Shown: positions 49,233 through 63,501, counted from the stretch's first letter. The stretch: 64,000 nucleotides of DNA from Tubulanus polymorphus (GCF_964204645.1 NC_134032.1:4116175-4180174); one strand, 5' to 3'. Notes: a model not told the origin generated them from the letters alone. Made by a program: numbers and translations.

Positions 49233-50779
49233 TTATCAACGTTACTCTATGTCCAATTATTAAGTGGTAAGAATGTTGTAGAATGATGTGTGTTGTTTGT
49301 ACTTTAGATGGAATTTGAACTATAGATGGATTGAAAAAGGATTTACGTTCATATCTCGTGGAGAGAGAAGTTGAGCTATATAAAAATTGGTCCAATAATT
49401 TGGAGGCAAGAGCAAGAATGAAATTTGCAGATAAAAGGGCAAGTCACATTGAAATGGTGATGCGTGCCTATGGTAAAACTTTGACAAAAACTCCTCAGCG
49501 AAAATATGCAAAAGTGGGCGACAAAATGCTACACACGTTGCTGAAGAGAATCGTAGCAAGCATTGTCGAAGACCACTTGGTAGATTGTGCTAACTTGTGA
49601 TGTGGGCTCTTATGAAGCAAAAAATGGATGCCTTCTTAAACTGCAAATTACATAAATTTTCTGATTTAGCAATGGAATTATACGTTGTGCAGTCACATTG
49701 CAAAATCCGCACAGTAGAAAAGAAAGCCAACAGCCAGCTGTTGTTACTGTCGACGACATTACAAAGGTATTTCAACGGTGATCGAGCTAATCAGGGCGTG
49801 TACATCTACAGCAAAATTTCAAAGGTAATATAAACACAATAGACATTTCCATCCGGTATCATCACTGATCGCACAGTACTGACCTTATTTCACAGCAACG
49901 CTGCAGATGCGATATCGTATAGCGATAAACACAAACTGGTGTCTATCCGGTATCGAATTTGAAATACAGGACCTCGAGGAACAGATAATTAGAAATAAAG
50001 AGAAAAATCATTACATCGAACATAAGCTAACATTTTCATATTCATCTCAGAACTGGAAAGACCGACGATTTGACCTGTCAACGAGGATATGATTCGAAAA
50101 GTAATCGCTGCATCTATTCTCCTAACAATGATGATAATGTGAATTATTCGAAATACAACCCTACAAGTGCACAATGCCATCATTTAATGTCACAATCATT
50201 TATATGTACTACTATCGACACTTTAATGTAATGTAACTAAAGATTTTGATAGACATTGGACTGGTTCACACTAATAAACATGTCTGCTTCGTGCAGTATT
50301 ACTGGCGAATAGGTGTTGGCAATTGTTTTGGCCGCCGATATTCTGGCACACAGGTGTATAACATCCGTGGAAAATATTTGGACCAGCTAGATTTGAAATG
50401 CAATTTTGAATGCAGTGTGCTTCGTGTAATGGTGTAAACAGGGATCTACCAACGAAAGACATCGCTAGCAATACGGGATATCGACAAATTCAAGTTCTTG
50501 AATTACTCGTTTGATGGCGCTAGTCAGAACCGCAAATTGGAACCTAAATCCGCCATGTTCTAGTTCATTTGCAATAAAAATCTATCGCTTCAAATTTTTA
50601 GTTAGCGATATTTTACTTAATATACATAGGCAAGCATAATCCTTTAAGTATGATATCCTGACAATGTGCTGAATTCGATAAAACCTCACTTTCAATGCAA
50701 AAGATCACTAGAAATGTCAAAAAACTACCAGATAAACAGACACACGGCTACTATCCAGATCCGGGCGGAACCAACCAAC

Positions 50780-51020
50780 CACGTTAAAATCAAAAAAGTG
50801 ATATTAATTAAACCATTTGTTTATAAGTTATATGATTTGCAAAAAGAGGAAATATTAGGTTATTTATATAAAGAAGAAGTAACATTAGTTCCTGATATAG
50901 ATAATATTGATTATAAAATAGAACAAGTTTTAAAAACAAAAAATATAGCTTAGTCAAATATAAGTCTAATCCGGTAAAATTAACGAGTGGTTATTATCAA
51001 GTAAAATAAGTAATTTATAA
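50780..51020 (+). mobile_element. Maverick/Polinton-type integrase C-terminus with chromodomain-like end, decayed
   Basis: KPFVYKLYDLQKEEILGYLYKEEVTLV...YKIEQVLKTK..VKY..NEW. Confidence 0.7.
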
Positions 51021-51029
51021 TCTTAATAA

Positions 51030-51650
51030 ATGGATAGAAGTTTCATTTTTATTAGAGCATCATAACACCTTAGTAAGTGGCGTCACAAATTGTAGAAAAA
51101 CACACTTTATTATAGATTTATAAGAAACTATATATAAAAATGTATATGATAATATTGTTTTATTCTCCCCAACATATGAATTTAATAAAACTTATCATTG
51201 AGATATTGTAACTTAAAATAAAAAGTTCATAATATTAAATCCTAAAGTCGTCAAAGATAACTTAGATAATTGTATAGCAATTGATATTCATGAAGGTTCA
51301 AACACATTATTCATTATATATAATTGTGCAAATCTTCGTGATTCAAAAATACGAGAAACAGAATTATGTTATTTAGCATTTAGTGGGAGACATTATGGGA
51401 TTACAACATGGGTTTTGAATCAAAAATACTACCCGATTGTTAAAGATTATCGTGAAAATATAAGGTTTTTAATATCATTTTTTTAATAAGGATAGAAAAT
51501 CTATGAAACAAGAAAAAAACAAGCATTAAAAGGAAATCAAATTATACCTAATCAATTACATAATAAATATATGGCGAAATTAAAAGATAGCAAAAATTCT
51601 AAATTGTTATTTAGATTACTATATCTTTTTAAAGTAGTTTTTCTCAAATA
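51030..51650 (+). pseudogene. A32/FtsK-like DNA packaging ATPase of a Maverick/Polinton-like element, with stops and frameshifts
   Basis: Degenerate Walker A SGVTNCRKTHFI, NIVLFSPTYEFNKTY, Walker B-like LFIIYNC, and AFSGRHYGITTWVLNQKY..IVKDYREN. Confidence 0.78.
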
Positions 51651-52189
51651 AATTTGAAAAGAAATATAATAACTTATAATTATTATATTTTCATGTAATT
51701 TTATTTGTATCCTAGTTAAGGTGTAATGTATAATTGCCAAATAGATTTTAAAAAGAATTGAAAAGAAATACAATAGTTTAACTAGAAATAAATTGGTAAT
51801 TTTTTGGTAATTTGCCAACGAATAAATGACAGATGATAAAGCAATTGAAAAAAAACAATAGCAGATTTAGGTATAGAGTCACGATTAATTGATAACCCAC
51901 CATCAGATGTTAAAATTAAAACTGAAGAAATAAATATTGCGCAGAAAAAAGTAGTGTTAATTATGAATATTTTTTTTTTAATACTACTAACGAAATAAAT
52001 ACAAACTAGTTCGTTAGCTTACAATAATTCAAAATGTTTGATATATTGACCGCAAAATTAGGAAGTATCCCCATGGCCAATAGAGACAGTGTGGTATCTA
52101 TTGGGAGAACAAAGACAACCTGTGCCCGTCACTGACTATTTTAGTGTTTGAAAATCGCTTATAGAATTGAGTCTCTGGCTCCAATAGTC

Positions 52190-53370
52190 GATGAAACTTG
52201 CTCCTAGCGTATGAAACTGGCTCCTAGTCTATGAAACTGACTCCTAGTCTATGAAACTGACTCCTAGTATATGAAACTGACTCCTAGTCTATGAAACTGA
52301 CTCCTAGTATATGAAACTGACTCCTAGTATATGAAACTGGCTCCTTGTATATGAAACTGACTCCTAGTCTATGAAACTGACTCCTAGTCTATGAAACTGA
52401 CTCCTAGTATATGAAACTGGCTCCTTGCGTATGAAACTTGCTCCTAGGCTATGAAACTGACTCCTAGTATATGAAACTGGCTCCTTGCGTATGAAACTTG
52501 CTTCTAGGCTATGGAACTGCCTCCTAGTCTATGAAACTGACTCCTAGTATATGAAACTGGCTCCTTGCGTATGAAACTTGCTCCTAGGCTATGGAACTGC
52601 CTCCTAGTCTATGAAACTGACTCCTAGTATATGAAACTGGCTCATAGCGTATGAAACTGACTTCTAGTCTATGAAACTGACTCCTAGTGGATGAAACTGA
52701 CTCCTAGTGTATGAAACTGACTCCTAGTCTATGAAACTGACTTCGAGTGTATGAAACTGACTCCTATTATCTATGAAACTGGCTCCTAGTATATTAAACT
52801 GACTCATGGTCTATGAAGCTGACTCCTAGTGTCTATGAAACTGACTCCTATTCTATGAAGCTGACTCCAAGTTTATGAAACTAACTTCTTGTCGATGTAA
52901 CTAACTCCAATCAATGACACTGATTTTTATAGTCTATCAAAGTGACTCCTAGTAAATGAAACTGACTCCTAGTGTATGAAACTGGCTCCTAGTGTATGAA
53001 ACTGACTCCTATAGTCAAAGAAACTTGCTCCTAGCGTATGAAACTGAATCCTAGTCTATGAAATTGGCTCCTAGTCTATGAAACTGACTCCTATTATCTA
53101 TAAAACTGGCTCCTAGTATATGAAACTGACTCCTGGTCTATAAAGCTGACTCCTAGTGTCTATGAAACTGACTCCTATTCTATGAAGCTGACTCTACTCT
53201 TAGTTTATGAAACTGACCCCTTGTCTATGGAACTAACTCCAATCAATGACACTGATTTTTATAGTCTATCAAAGTGACTCCTAGTCTATGAAACTGTCTT
53301 CTAGTCTATGAAACTGGCTCATAGTCTATAAAACTGACTCATAGTATGCTAAACTGACTCCTTGTCTGTA
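52190..53370. repeat. 20-21-bp minisatellite, ~1.2 kb
   Basis: tatgaaactgactcctagtc units, more degenerate toward the 3' end. Confidence 0.96.
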
Positions 53371-55321
53371 AAACCATGGACTCGCAAATTCTAAAACTGT
53401 TCGTAGAGTCCACGATGAAACTATAACTCTAGTCTATGCCGTACTTACCTTCAATTTGTAGCTTGTAAGACGTCTCTGTTTCTCAACACTTCTCAACACA
53501 ACAACTTCCCTTCAGAAAATGAACTGTTTTATTCATTTTACGAATTGCATATTATTTAATCAGACGTGAACAAACTTAGAATGGATCTCCGGGAATCTAT
53601 TGTATGTTTAAATATTGACAATGTACAAAACTAACATGAATTTATGTGGAAAGCCAATGTATGGCAACTGCAAATGTAGAAACAACTGCGGTTTGTTCAG
53701 GTATATATTTTTCTTCTTCGTCGAAGACGCGTATTTACATAGCTCTGAAATCCATCTGATTTTCAAAATGCAGTTGTTTTTACGAAAGAGGCACAACCTG
53801 CAGCTTTGTTTGTACTGCGAGTGCTTTATAATTCTATGGCTCAATGATGGTTGGCAATTGGGACAGTAGACTATTACCATATTATTCACCAGAGGCAATT
53901 TTAGCATAATGAACTTAAGATATGGTCCTGAAAGTGTAAACAACGAAACGATAACAGCATAAGGTCAATGTAGGTAGTTTATTTATTACAATCGGATTAG
54001 TAGTAGTTACTGAGTATCATTGAGTGGTTACTAATTTGCCGAGTGTGAGCAACAGTCGGCAACTTCTACGCGAATTTAGGACACATGACCTGTGTGCAAT
54101 ATTAATAATTATAATAATCATAATGATAATAATTATGATTATTATTATAATGATGATTATGATAATAATGGCGATGGCAAAAACTTAGTATGGTAACTTA
54201 GGTTGACTAATTCAAAAACTTCGAGGATTCGAAGTTTAAGTGCCTGTTCATCTCGGGAGCGATCCCATCCAGTTATTAAACTATACTTGAAATATCGATT
54301 CATTTCGCTGGAATTAGAACTTGTAATGCATAACATTGTTGTACATATACAAATGAAAACCCTTGACCATTTTGGGTTCAAATCCCAGTATTTCTGGGAG
54401 GGGGGATCGCGTCACCCCAGTCGCATGAGTGCGGAGGTTGTGACTGGGAGAGGCGTTTTGGTCGCATGGCAGTTGCAAGAGCACGCACGTAGGACGGCTG
54501 CAGTGAATCGCGTCGTAAGGCGTCGACCTACATCTGCCTCGATATTAACATACTGACTCGATAAGCTTGTCTTCTTGACATCACTGACAGCCATCTTTGC
54601 AAATCAACCAGGGCCAAGTTACACGAACAATGTTTTGGAAAATTTATCAAATTAAAAAATTAACTGAAGTTTTGACAAGGGTCTTTGTGAACGTGGCGGA
54701 CATCTAGCTGGTCGCAAAGAGTGATAACCATCTCATCAGTAAAAGTCTAACCTCCATTCAGTTTTAACCGTTGTTGGGTCAGTTGTTATGTATTTACGTA
54801 TCCATTCCATCTTGATCTTGATTGTACAAGATTACTGGTGTCGTTCTTTAGTATAAATCCTACATAGAGATATAAGCTACAACTCTTTCTTTCTATAATC
54901 AAGCCTCTTTATTCAACACACTTCTCTCATTTCTTTCCCTACTCCCCTCTCTCTCTAAACCCTCCCTTCATTTATTTGTTTTTACTTTTTAAGTGACGCG
55001 TGCAGGTTCTGCACAGATGGCTTTCTTTCACGCCACAACATTCCACCGACCCATGTATGGCGCACTTACGTACCTACGTACACATGTCACGATTGACTAA
55101 CTTTTAGTTTTTCACCAGCTAGAGCACAAGACCCCGGTTAACACAGCCTCTCGGTTAACACACCTTGCTTTCAATATGGGGAAAATAAATGTAAAATACT
55201 ATTTTTTCATTCTTGTTTCCGATTTTGAACATAATTGAAGAGGAGAATAGAAACGACGACGAAAAGAATGGTTCAATGTCGTTTGCACTTCTTTTAAAGT
55301 TGGCACTCTAGGGTTTCAACA

Positions 55322-57982
55322 CGGTTCCTGAACTTCGCTGAAAAAGCTGAAACACTGAAACGCTGAATCGCTGAAATAAAAACGCTGAAATTTCAGGGAA
55401 TTTCCGAAAAACGCCGAAATTTCAGGGAATTCCCGAAAAACGCTGAAATCGTGCTAGGTACCGACAATACACGTTTTGAAATAATATCCGGGCCGGTATC
55501 CGCTGCCGAGTCCTGAACCGTCTTTTAGTCTCCACCTTCGGTTACAGAGACATGCATGGGCAGTATGTGTGGAGTATACTTCTAGAGGGCCACTTGTTGA
55601 ACAAATTAATTCGCTTGAAATCCGGATTTTTAATGCATACAGGCAGCATGATGAGGAAAACCCATTCACAAACCGTGCAAGCCAACTTAAACACTATGCT
55701 CAATATTCCAAGATATGGTTTACTTCTATCGTTCATGTATAAAACAGGATTATAAGCAACTTTTCTTTTGTCAACACGTTGATGGGCGACGGACTATGGT
55801 ATTCTCTGAAGGAGGTAAATTAAATTTGACAGCTAGTTATATAAATGATGCAGCTTTTGGACAAAAGGGATCTAACTAAATTTCTTTTTAATTCACCGTG
55901 GAATGGAATGGATTGACGCCAATGACATGCAGTAGGCCCCTACTTATAGGTCATACTAATTAGCGTCAACCAATTAATCTAAATCGGGCAAACCATTCAA
56001 CAACTGTAATTTATTTGCTGTGTTGTGATAATAATAGGTTTTTTTTTTTTAAATGACATACCAACTGTTAGAAAAATGTACCGATTCTTATTTTTAGACT
56101 ACTACGGTATCTATAAAAGGAGGAGTCATAGATAAAGTTGATTTGCTCAGCTGGACACACTTCTTGTCAAGTACATCATCTCAAGTATTGGGTGTTTTGT
56201 AAGTTTGATTTCAGTATTTATTTACTAAGTGCTGTTCCCTCGGACCTCAGTGCTTTCAAACTAGGCCCACCCCATAGGCTATATCTCCAGAGTGTGTTAG
56301 CCACTATTCTTTTATTTCCTACTTTAAATGCACTTTTTTTCTATTTTTAGACTCGGCCTAAGAATGTGCAAATTTGAGATACTGAGAAATCAGATGGCAC
56401 TAGTTAACTTGAACTGCGAAATTTGCAGCAGGATAGCTGAACGACACAATTTTTAAAAACAAAATGGCTATTCGAATGCTATTTCAGTAATAACTTGATT
56501 CAACCAGAGAGAAATAAGTCAATTGGGGATGTACAGTACACCCACTTTACTTCCCCGTTTTCCTGGTACCAAATTTTTTATCTTAAGCTAAGCAATATTC
56601 TAAGGTATGCTAGTGAATTTCATTAGAATATAAAGCAATGGAACCAGAATTCAAGCCCGAGTTAAGCGAACTATTGATTCTGATATAATGTAAGAACTGA
56701 TTTCTTTTGTGTATTCTTATAATGTGTTAAGTATTATTTTAAGCTGTTAAATAATATAATTAGACAAACGTCAAATTATTGGATCTTTCTTGTTGACTCG
56801 TTTAATTTTGTGAGTTTAGAGTTCCAGTCAATCCACAATGTGCAGTGCCTAGCCTTCATCTAGTACTAAAGCCAAGCCTGTGTATGGGAAAACGTTGTTC
56901 GACTCTCATAAGCCAGACAAATAAAAACTTGCAATACATTGCAGATAGTAGTCTCCAGCAAGTAGACAGAGAAAGTAAACCAGGTTTTACCCCGTACCCT
57001 ACCCGGCATCTTCACCTGTCAAGGGATTCGAACCCACTACACTAAAGCTGTTCTCCGAACCGCTTGACCTCGAGTCGTTACTAGCCGACCAGAATCAGGT
57101 CGGGCCAATCACAGCGCTTGTTACAAACGACATTTGGCATCTATGGAATTTCCAGGTAAATGGACCAATCAGCGAACACGTAGCGAAAACGGAAGTATTG
57201 TCGCGTGTTGATATATGACGTCATTCGCTAAAACGCCGGTAATGAAATCGCGCGTCGTGAGGCCAGGGGGCAGGTGGAAGCGAGTTTGGGAGCGATACTG
57301 GTCTCCTGGCAAGCGAGGATGCCTACCCGGGAACGAAAGACACTCCAAGACTCCTTCCTTGAAGAGATTGTAGAAATATGGCACCCAATCGTAGTAATGC
57401 TAAGTACAGTATACTATGACGGTTGAACCTTTATTCACACCAAAATAGAATCAAAGTAGTCATAAGTTCCATGATAGCACTTAATTTGGGTTATCAGGTT
57501 CAGCCTTACTAGCTGTACTTTCATTCAGCTACTACTTTTGTATGAGACTTGGCAATGATAAGTTGGAAGAAATCACCAAATATAAGAAAAAATATTGAGA
57601 ATTAATATTACTGTAATTAAGAATTTATTCAAATGAAGTGATAATTTCATTGTTAGATCGTACCGGTATATGCGCATAAAACAAAAAACACATCTAACAA
57701 TCCACGCAATCCGCAATCGATCAAGTCGAACATGACGACGACCTCAAGGCATGTCTCTGTAACCGAAGGTAGAGTCTAAAAGACGGTTCAGGACTCGGCA
57801 GCGGACACCGGCCCGGAAAGAATTTCAAAACGTGTATTGTCGGTACCTAGCACGATTTCAGCGTTTTTCGGGAATTCCCTGAAATTTCGGCGTTTTTCGG
57901 AAATTCCCTGAAATTTCAGCGTTTTTATTTCAGCGTTTCAGCTTTTCAGTGTTTCAGCTTTTTCAGCGAAGTTCAGGAACCG
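55322..57982. mobile_element. Non-autonomous Mutator/MULE-like element, ~235-bp TIRs, 10-bp TSD
   Basis: ggtttcaaca|cggttcctgaacttcgctg ... cagcgaagttcaggaaccg|ggtttcaaca. Confidence 0.88.
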
Positions 57983-58235
57983 GGTTTCAACATGTATAAT
58001 TCGAACTATGACGCACTGTACTTCGCTCAACTCATAGATACTTCAAGAAATCATCAAATCTCGTATGGAGACCATATGTCACTGTCTCATTTATGTGCTA
58101 CATGGTATGAAAAAAAGCTTTCAATTCACATCAACTTGAGGTGAAGAAAGGCGAAGTTTAAAAAGAGAATTAGAAACAGAGAAAACATGCATTAATTGTA
58201 ATGATAGAATATCCAGTATCCTAGAGACGTACCTA

Positions 58236-58432
58236 GGGCCAGTTGCACAGTCGTGACTTTAGTCCAAAATTGGTCCTAAATCTTAAGACTGGTCTCAAGT
58301 TGTTGGATTGGCGTTAGAACTAAATTGGTCTTAGACTGGTCTTAAGTCTAAGCCATGACTGCACAGTTGTGACTTAAGTCTAAAAGTGGTCTTAAATCTT
58401 AAAACTCTTTAAGTTGTTAGATTGGCTATAGA
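58236..58432. repeat. Copy of the 2066-2270 repeat family
   Basis: gggccagttgcacagtcgtgac...ttggtcttagactggtc. Confidence 0.65.
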
Positions 58433-61400
58433 AATATGTTGGATTTGATTATTATGATCGTATTGCGGCACCCTGGAAGCTTCGGTGCTGCAATGATAAT
58501 TACGTACGGTACACAGAAAGCTTCCGTGTCGCAAAGATGCAATTAAGTACGGTACACAGGAAAGGGTCAGTATCGCAAGGAATAAAAAAGAGTCTGAAAT
58601 GTTCCCTTGAGCTAGTTGTCTATTCATCGGCTATATCATGATACTATTCTAGTCAAAAGTGTTGTGTAATGGATAGATTATGTATTTGTACAATAGCTTA
58701 CACTTCGATTGTATTAGATGGTTACAAATCCTAAACGAAATCAAACTTGATAAATTTAGATTTAGGTTAAATTTTCCTTTCAGCTATCTCCGCGTCGGCT
58801 GCGCGTTTGTTCGTCCGTGTGATCGTTGTGCGCGGTAGGTCACCGAGCCGTCCGAGTTCAGGAAACACCGACAGTTGCTGCGTTAGATTCCTCTCATGAC
58901 GCACGGGAAATGACTCCAGTTCATCGCGACGCACGTGCTATGAGCCGTGATACATTCTAACAGAATTGACGTGCTAACAGAATTGACAACGGTACCTGTA
59001 TCAGAGAAAGTTTGCGCAATAAAATTGAATTTGAATTTGCATTTGTATCTTACCGATTAACTTTCCTTTTATCTGCAAATTTAAAAATATAAAGTCATAT
59101 TTAGTAAATATAGGATGTTTGTCATTTTGCTGTCAGACGTGCTGCAGTCGTTCCCTCCGACCAAATTTATTTAATCAAAATGAATAACATTGAACTGATA
59201 GACGATTTTCTTTCAAATCCCGAGGTAAGGAAAACCATTCTGGTATTCAATTATTAGTATCTTTTAAAGGGCCAAGAATTTGATTTGTTGACTGATTACT
59301 TGAGTAAGTTTCCATTTGCTATAAAATTTTTGAAGTGTTCATAATCAAAAACTTTAAGATCTGTTTTTTTAGATGCTGTCAACGATGGACACAAATGGTA
59401 CATACTTGATTTATAATATTTTCACCAATATTTCAACATCGCTTTTTCTTTTGTTAATATTAATTTTGTTAACTTAATTATATTTCAGCCATAACCCAAA
59501 TGTTTGATGATGCCGAGCCTGAGGTCAATGAAATAAATACTGAACCAAAAAATAACAGCACTTACAAAGAAAAGAAATAAATGTTAGTATTATGATTACA
59601 AGCAGACCTAATACCAAAGCAATGAAACAAAAATTCCCAAATAAAACAAAATCCCTCATACTAGTGTCCCAAAAACGGATAATGGATGAACATAACATCG
59701 GAATTGAATGTCCTTTAATCAATTGATTTCATGCCATACTAAGAACCGCAATTGAAATCCACGGCCTAACGGAAGAAAATTTTAAAACGAAAGTAAAAGA
59801 AACAGTTGAAAGAGTATGTTAATTTTATAAAGGCTCCCTACATGTTGAATATGTTTGATTAAATTTCTAGCACTACTGATGACAATTCACCTTTTTGTAG
59901 ATTGAAACAACCCTAGCTAAAAATCAAGTGACGTTTGATGTGAACATCATAAAGGAAATAAAGACAAAATTGAAAAATGAGCGCGATTACGAAAAGAGGT
60001 AGGCCTATAGAAATTCAAATCAAACATCATGACAATGCAGTTAATTATTCTGATGTTCTTGTATATATACAAAACAACGAAATTCACAAAAATCAAACGG
60101 AGAATATATAACACATAAAATCGTGCACGCATTGGGGGTAATTGGAAGAGTTTTGAAGATAAAAGGTATTGTAAAGAGTTTCAAACAATGTGATACTCAT
60201 GATCATTAGAATTAATCAAGCCTTGATTCTTTGTCTTCAAACCAATATTCTTGCGATATCAAATTGTTCGATAATAGATATTTGAAATTTAACAAACGTT
60301 TTCAGAGCAAACAACGTTAGTTATAATAACAACAAAAACGACATTGGGAGATAATTTGAAAATCTCTGCCGACTGGAAAGTAGGGAATCGACGATCCATT
60401 CCAACAGAACATCGCTGACGTGCTATTCCAACTAAATAGCTGGTAGGAAGAGCCCACAAAATGACGTCATTTATAGGAATGCAGCGCCGCCGCTAAATGA
60501 CGTCATTAAAGAGCGAAATCGAGGCATTAGGAATTCCGGAATCGCTAGCCTCGCTTTTAGAACAGTGAGTCGAAATCGAGGCCAAATGAAACCCGGTTAG
60601 TTTTCCGCTCAAAAACCGCTAACTAAACCCAGCAGAAAATGAGTGGAAAATAAGCGGAAAGGGGGACACGTTTCGCTAAAATTCCGCTCATTTTCCGTAT
60701 GCTACAATGTTAAATTCCGCTTGTTTTCCGTGAATTTCAGCTCAAATTCAGCTGTTTGGCTAACCGTTTTATCATATAGAGGAGAGCGCCACCTAGCGAA
60801 TAAGTAACAAGAAATGGATCAGACATTTCAATAGGTAACAAGGCTTTTGAGGGGTAATGAAAGGTCATCTGTATTTGATACTAGAGGACGCACCTTACTG
60901 CAACCATAGTGTTGGATCAAGTGTTTAAGTGAAGTCTAAGTGGTAGGATTAGTAAACAGATTATCAGTTAATTGTAAATCACATCAGCCGTCATCACACA
61001 GAGGCCAATTGGGCACGGGTCAAATTGGCCGTGGAACAGGCTACCGCCAAAAAATTGGCCCCGTGCCTGGAACACACGTAAACCACGCTCACCGTATACT
61101 ACAAAAAAGCAAAGAGTGGCACTTCCGGAACCTCTAGCCCGTGCTAGATTTGGCTTGAGCCTAGTTCAGCGTTTTTATTCAGAGCTCATTTGGCACCCAT
61201 GAAAACAGTTGTTACGGGGCAATTTGGCCCGTGGGAAAACCCCGTTTACTATTTATAGTAAAAATGAAGAAATTCCGCGTTTTTGGAAAATTCCGCGATT
61301 CCGTCTTTCCGCGATATGACAACACCGGGGATTCTCACGTTCTCATTGAGCGGTGATGAGTGATAACAGATATCAATTTATTCACATGGTCAGCTTTTCC

Positions 61401-61596
61401 GATATCATAATAGTAGGTCAGCATCATTGCTTGGTGACGTAGCTACGATAGTCCCAGTTGATTGCGTCATCACGTCTGGCGCAACCTCGTAATCCTCTCG
61501 ATGACAGACTCTGTCCAATAAACATCGGATCGCCTCTCTGGTGCCATACTTAGCTGGGTTTGATAGCTGCCCACTCTTGCTTCAGCGTTTCAAACG

Positions 61597-62610
61597 TTTT
61601 TTGACGCCTTATAAAACGTTACCATTATGAAACCTAAGCAATGTTAACCATTCAGCGTCATTTTACAAACGACAACCGTAAATCGATGTGCAAAAATGTC
61701 ACAGGTTTATGTGTACACATACAAGCTATTTGGCAAAATATTATTGATTAAGATGTAGAATGGCTCCCTGTGATTATATAATGACCTTTATTTGAACGTC
61801 AAAATGTTATATTGCATTGAATATCATGATAAGACGTATTGTAGTAGTAAAGGATGTATAAAAGTCAGACCCTGACATGCGGATGCTAGTGGAATGACGA
61901 AGCTATCTACGATCTGAATAGGGCCGGCGTTAATTCCATCGGCGGCTACAAGCAGTCTATATAAAAACGTGTAAACAAATAATTTCAATATTCAAATGTT
62001 TTAGAAAATATGTTCGATATTAGGGGTATGCAGGTTTCATGAGATTAGCAATTTATAATAGCATTGCTGTCATATACGGCTCCGCGTCCACTGATGGCAA
62101 GTGTATAAGGTGACAATTCAATTCAATACTCTATTGATCCTTATTACATGGAAATTCCGGGATGAAATTTCCAAATTCAATAAAGTTACACATTTTAGAA
62201 TAAGAAAATACAAAATACAAGACGCATGGGTAATTCATACAGAATAACATGAATAAGTTATTTAAATGATGATGTCTACTTCAACCCAGACTCAAGTCTA
62301 GGATATCATCGTATCGAGTGACAGCCAAACCGGGCCCCAGAACCGGGCCGGCTGGCTACACGATATGCTCGAAGTCATGATGAAGCAGACATCAGAATAG
62401 CTCTTTCTTCAACCATGGAGGCAATGAAGTTGCAGACCAGCTTAGCCATTCTACATCTTTATCATTAATATTTGCGAAACAGCTTGTATGTGTACACATA
62501 AACCTGTGAGGTTTTGCTCATCGATTTACGGTTGTCGTTTGTAAAATGACGCTGAATGGTTAACATTGTTTAGGTTTCATAATGGTAACGTTTTATCAGG
62601 CGTCAAAAAA
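61597..62610. mobile_element. ~1-kb non-autonomous element with ~165-bp terminal inverted repeats
   Basis: ttttttgacgccttataaaacgttacc... (61597-61765) is inverted at 62445-62610 (...ggcgtcaaaaaa). No clear TSD. Confidence 0.8.
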
Positions 62611-62832
62611 TCATAAATTACCCCTTTGAAATGAGTAGAAACTGAGTAAACAGTAAGCTTTCAACAGAGATGACGTCAGGATAAGCGATAGCAGATTTCA
62701 GTAGTTTCACAGTTGCTATGCAACCACAGTAACCATTGGATTAGAATACATATGAATATATTTACCTACACTACAACCATTTCTTCCAAATTATCCACAT
62801 GTTTTCGTTTACTAGTATAGTTTAAAAAATTA

Positions 62833-63255
62833 CTAATTAGTAAACTTATAAGCAACAAATATAACAATAACTGTTCCACCTAAAATCCATATTATTTCAT
62901 ATTTCTTCTGTTCATTACTTGGGGTATAATAATCTGATAATTTGGGTTTGTATAGATGTAATTTTTCTTTATTGGTTACCGCGTTATATAAACTCATTGC
63001 ATCATCAACTGATTGAAAATCTCTATGTGAAATCTTCTGATCATATAATTCCTTGTTAATATAATCCATATAGTTTTGCCTCTTTTCTCTATATTCTTCT
63101 GCTGCTTTATTATATTTCTCTAATGCTAAGTTATGTCTTTTTCATTCTGTTAATGAACCCTTTTTATCAATATGCTTGAATAAATAACCACCACCAGTAA
63201 ATGCTAAAGCGTTAACAATTGCTGATCCTATAATAGTTATAATTGCAGAAGCCAT
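62833..63255 (-). pseudogene. Small Maverick/Polinton-type ORF with hydrophobic N- and C-termini and a coiled middle; TGA at 63142-63144
   Basis: MASAIITIIGSAIVNALAFTGGGYLFKH...*KRHNLALEK... is in frame with ORF 62833..63069. Confidence 0.6.
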
Positions 63256-63279
63256 TTATTTAGTAAAATAATTACGCAT

Positions 63280-63501
63280 TTATATGGGAGGAATATATTT
63301 TTGTTTTTCCAAATAATCAATAGTTAAATTAGATAAAGTAACTGCTAATGTTAATTTTAAAATATCATTTATATCAAATCTATCAACATTAACACTTCCC
63401 ATTTTGAATATTTTTTTTAATACCATTGAATAACCAACAGTTCCAACTGATAGTAATGCTCCATTATATAATCCAGTTATTATCCACTTATTATCGCTCA
63501 T
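63280..63501 (-). CDS. Small hydrophobic ORF (73 aa) of the Maverick/Polinton-like block
   Basis: Intact ORF with AT-rich codons and an AATAAATG start, tightly packed between neighbours. Confidence 0.6.
   Translation of the reverse strand: MSDNKWIITGLYNGALLSVGTVGYSMVLKKIFKMGSVNVDRFDINDILKLTLAVTLSNLTIDYLEKQKYIPPI

Noticed and set aside
52190-53370. 20-bp array as CRISPR or coding repeat
   Set aside because: No spacers and no sustained ORF; an ordinary minisatellite.
53608-54594. Cluster of short ORFs on both strands
   Set aside because: No motifs, and overlapping antisense frames of a length expected by chance.
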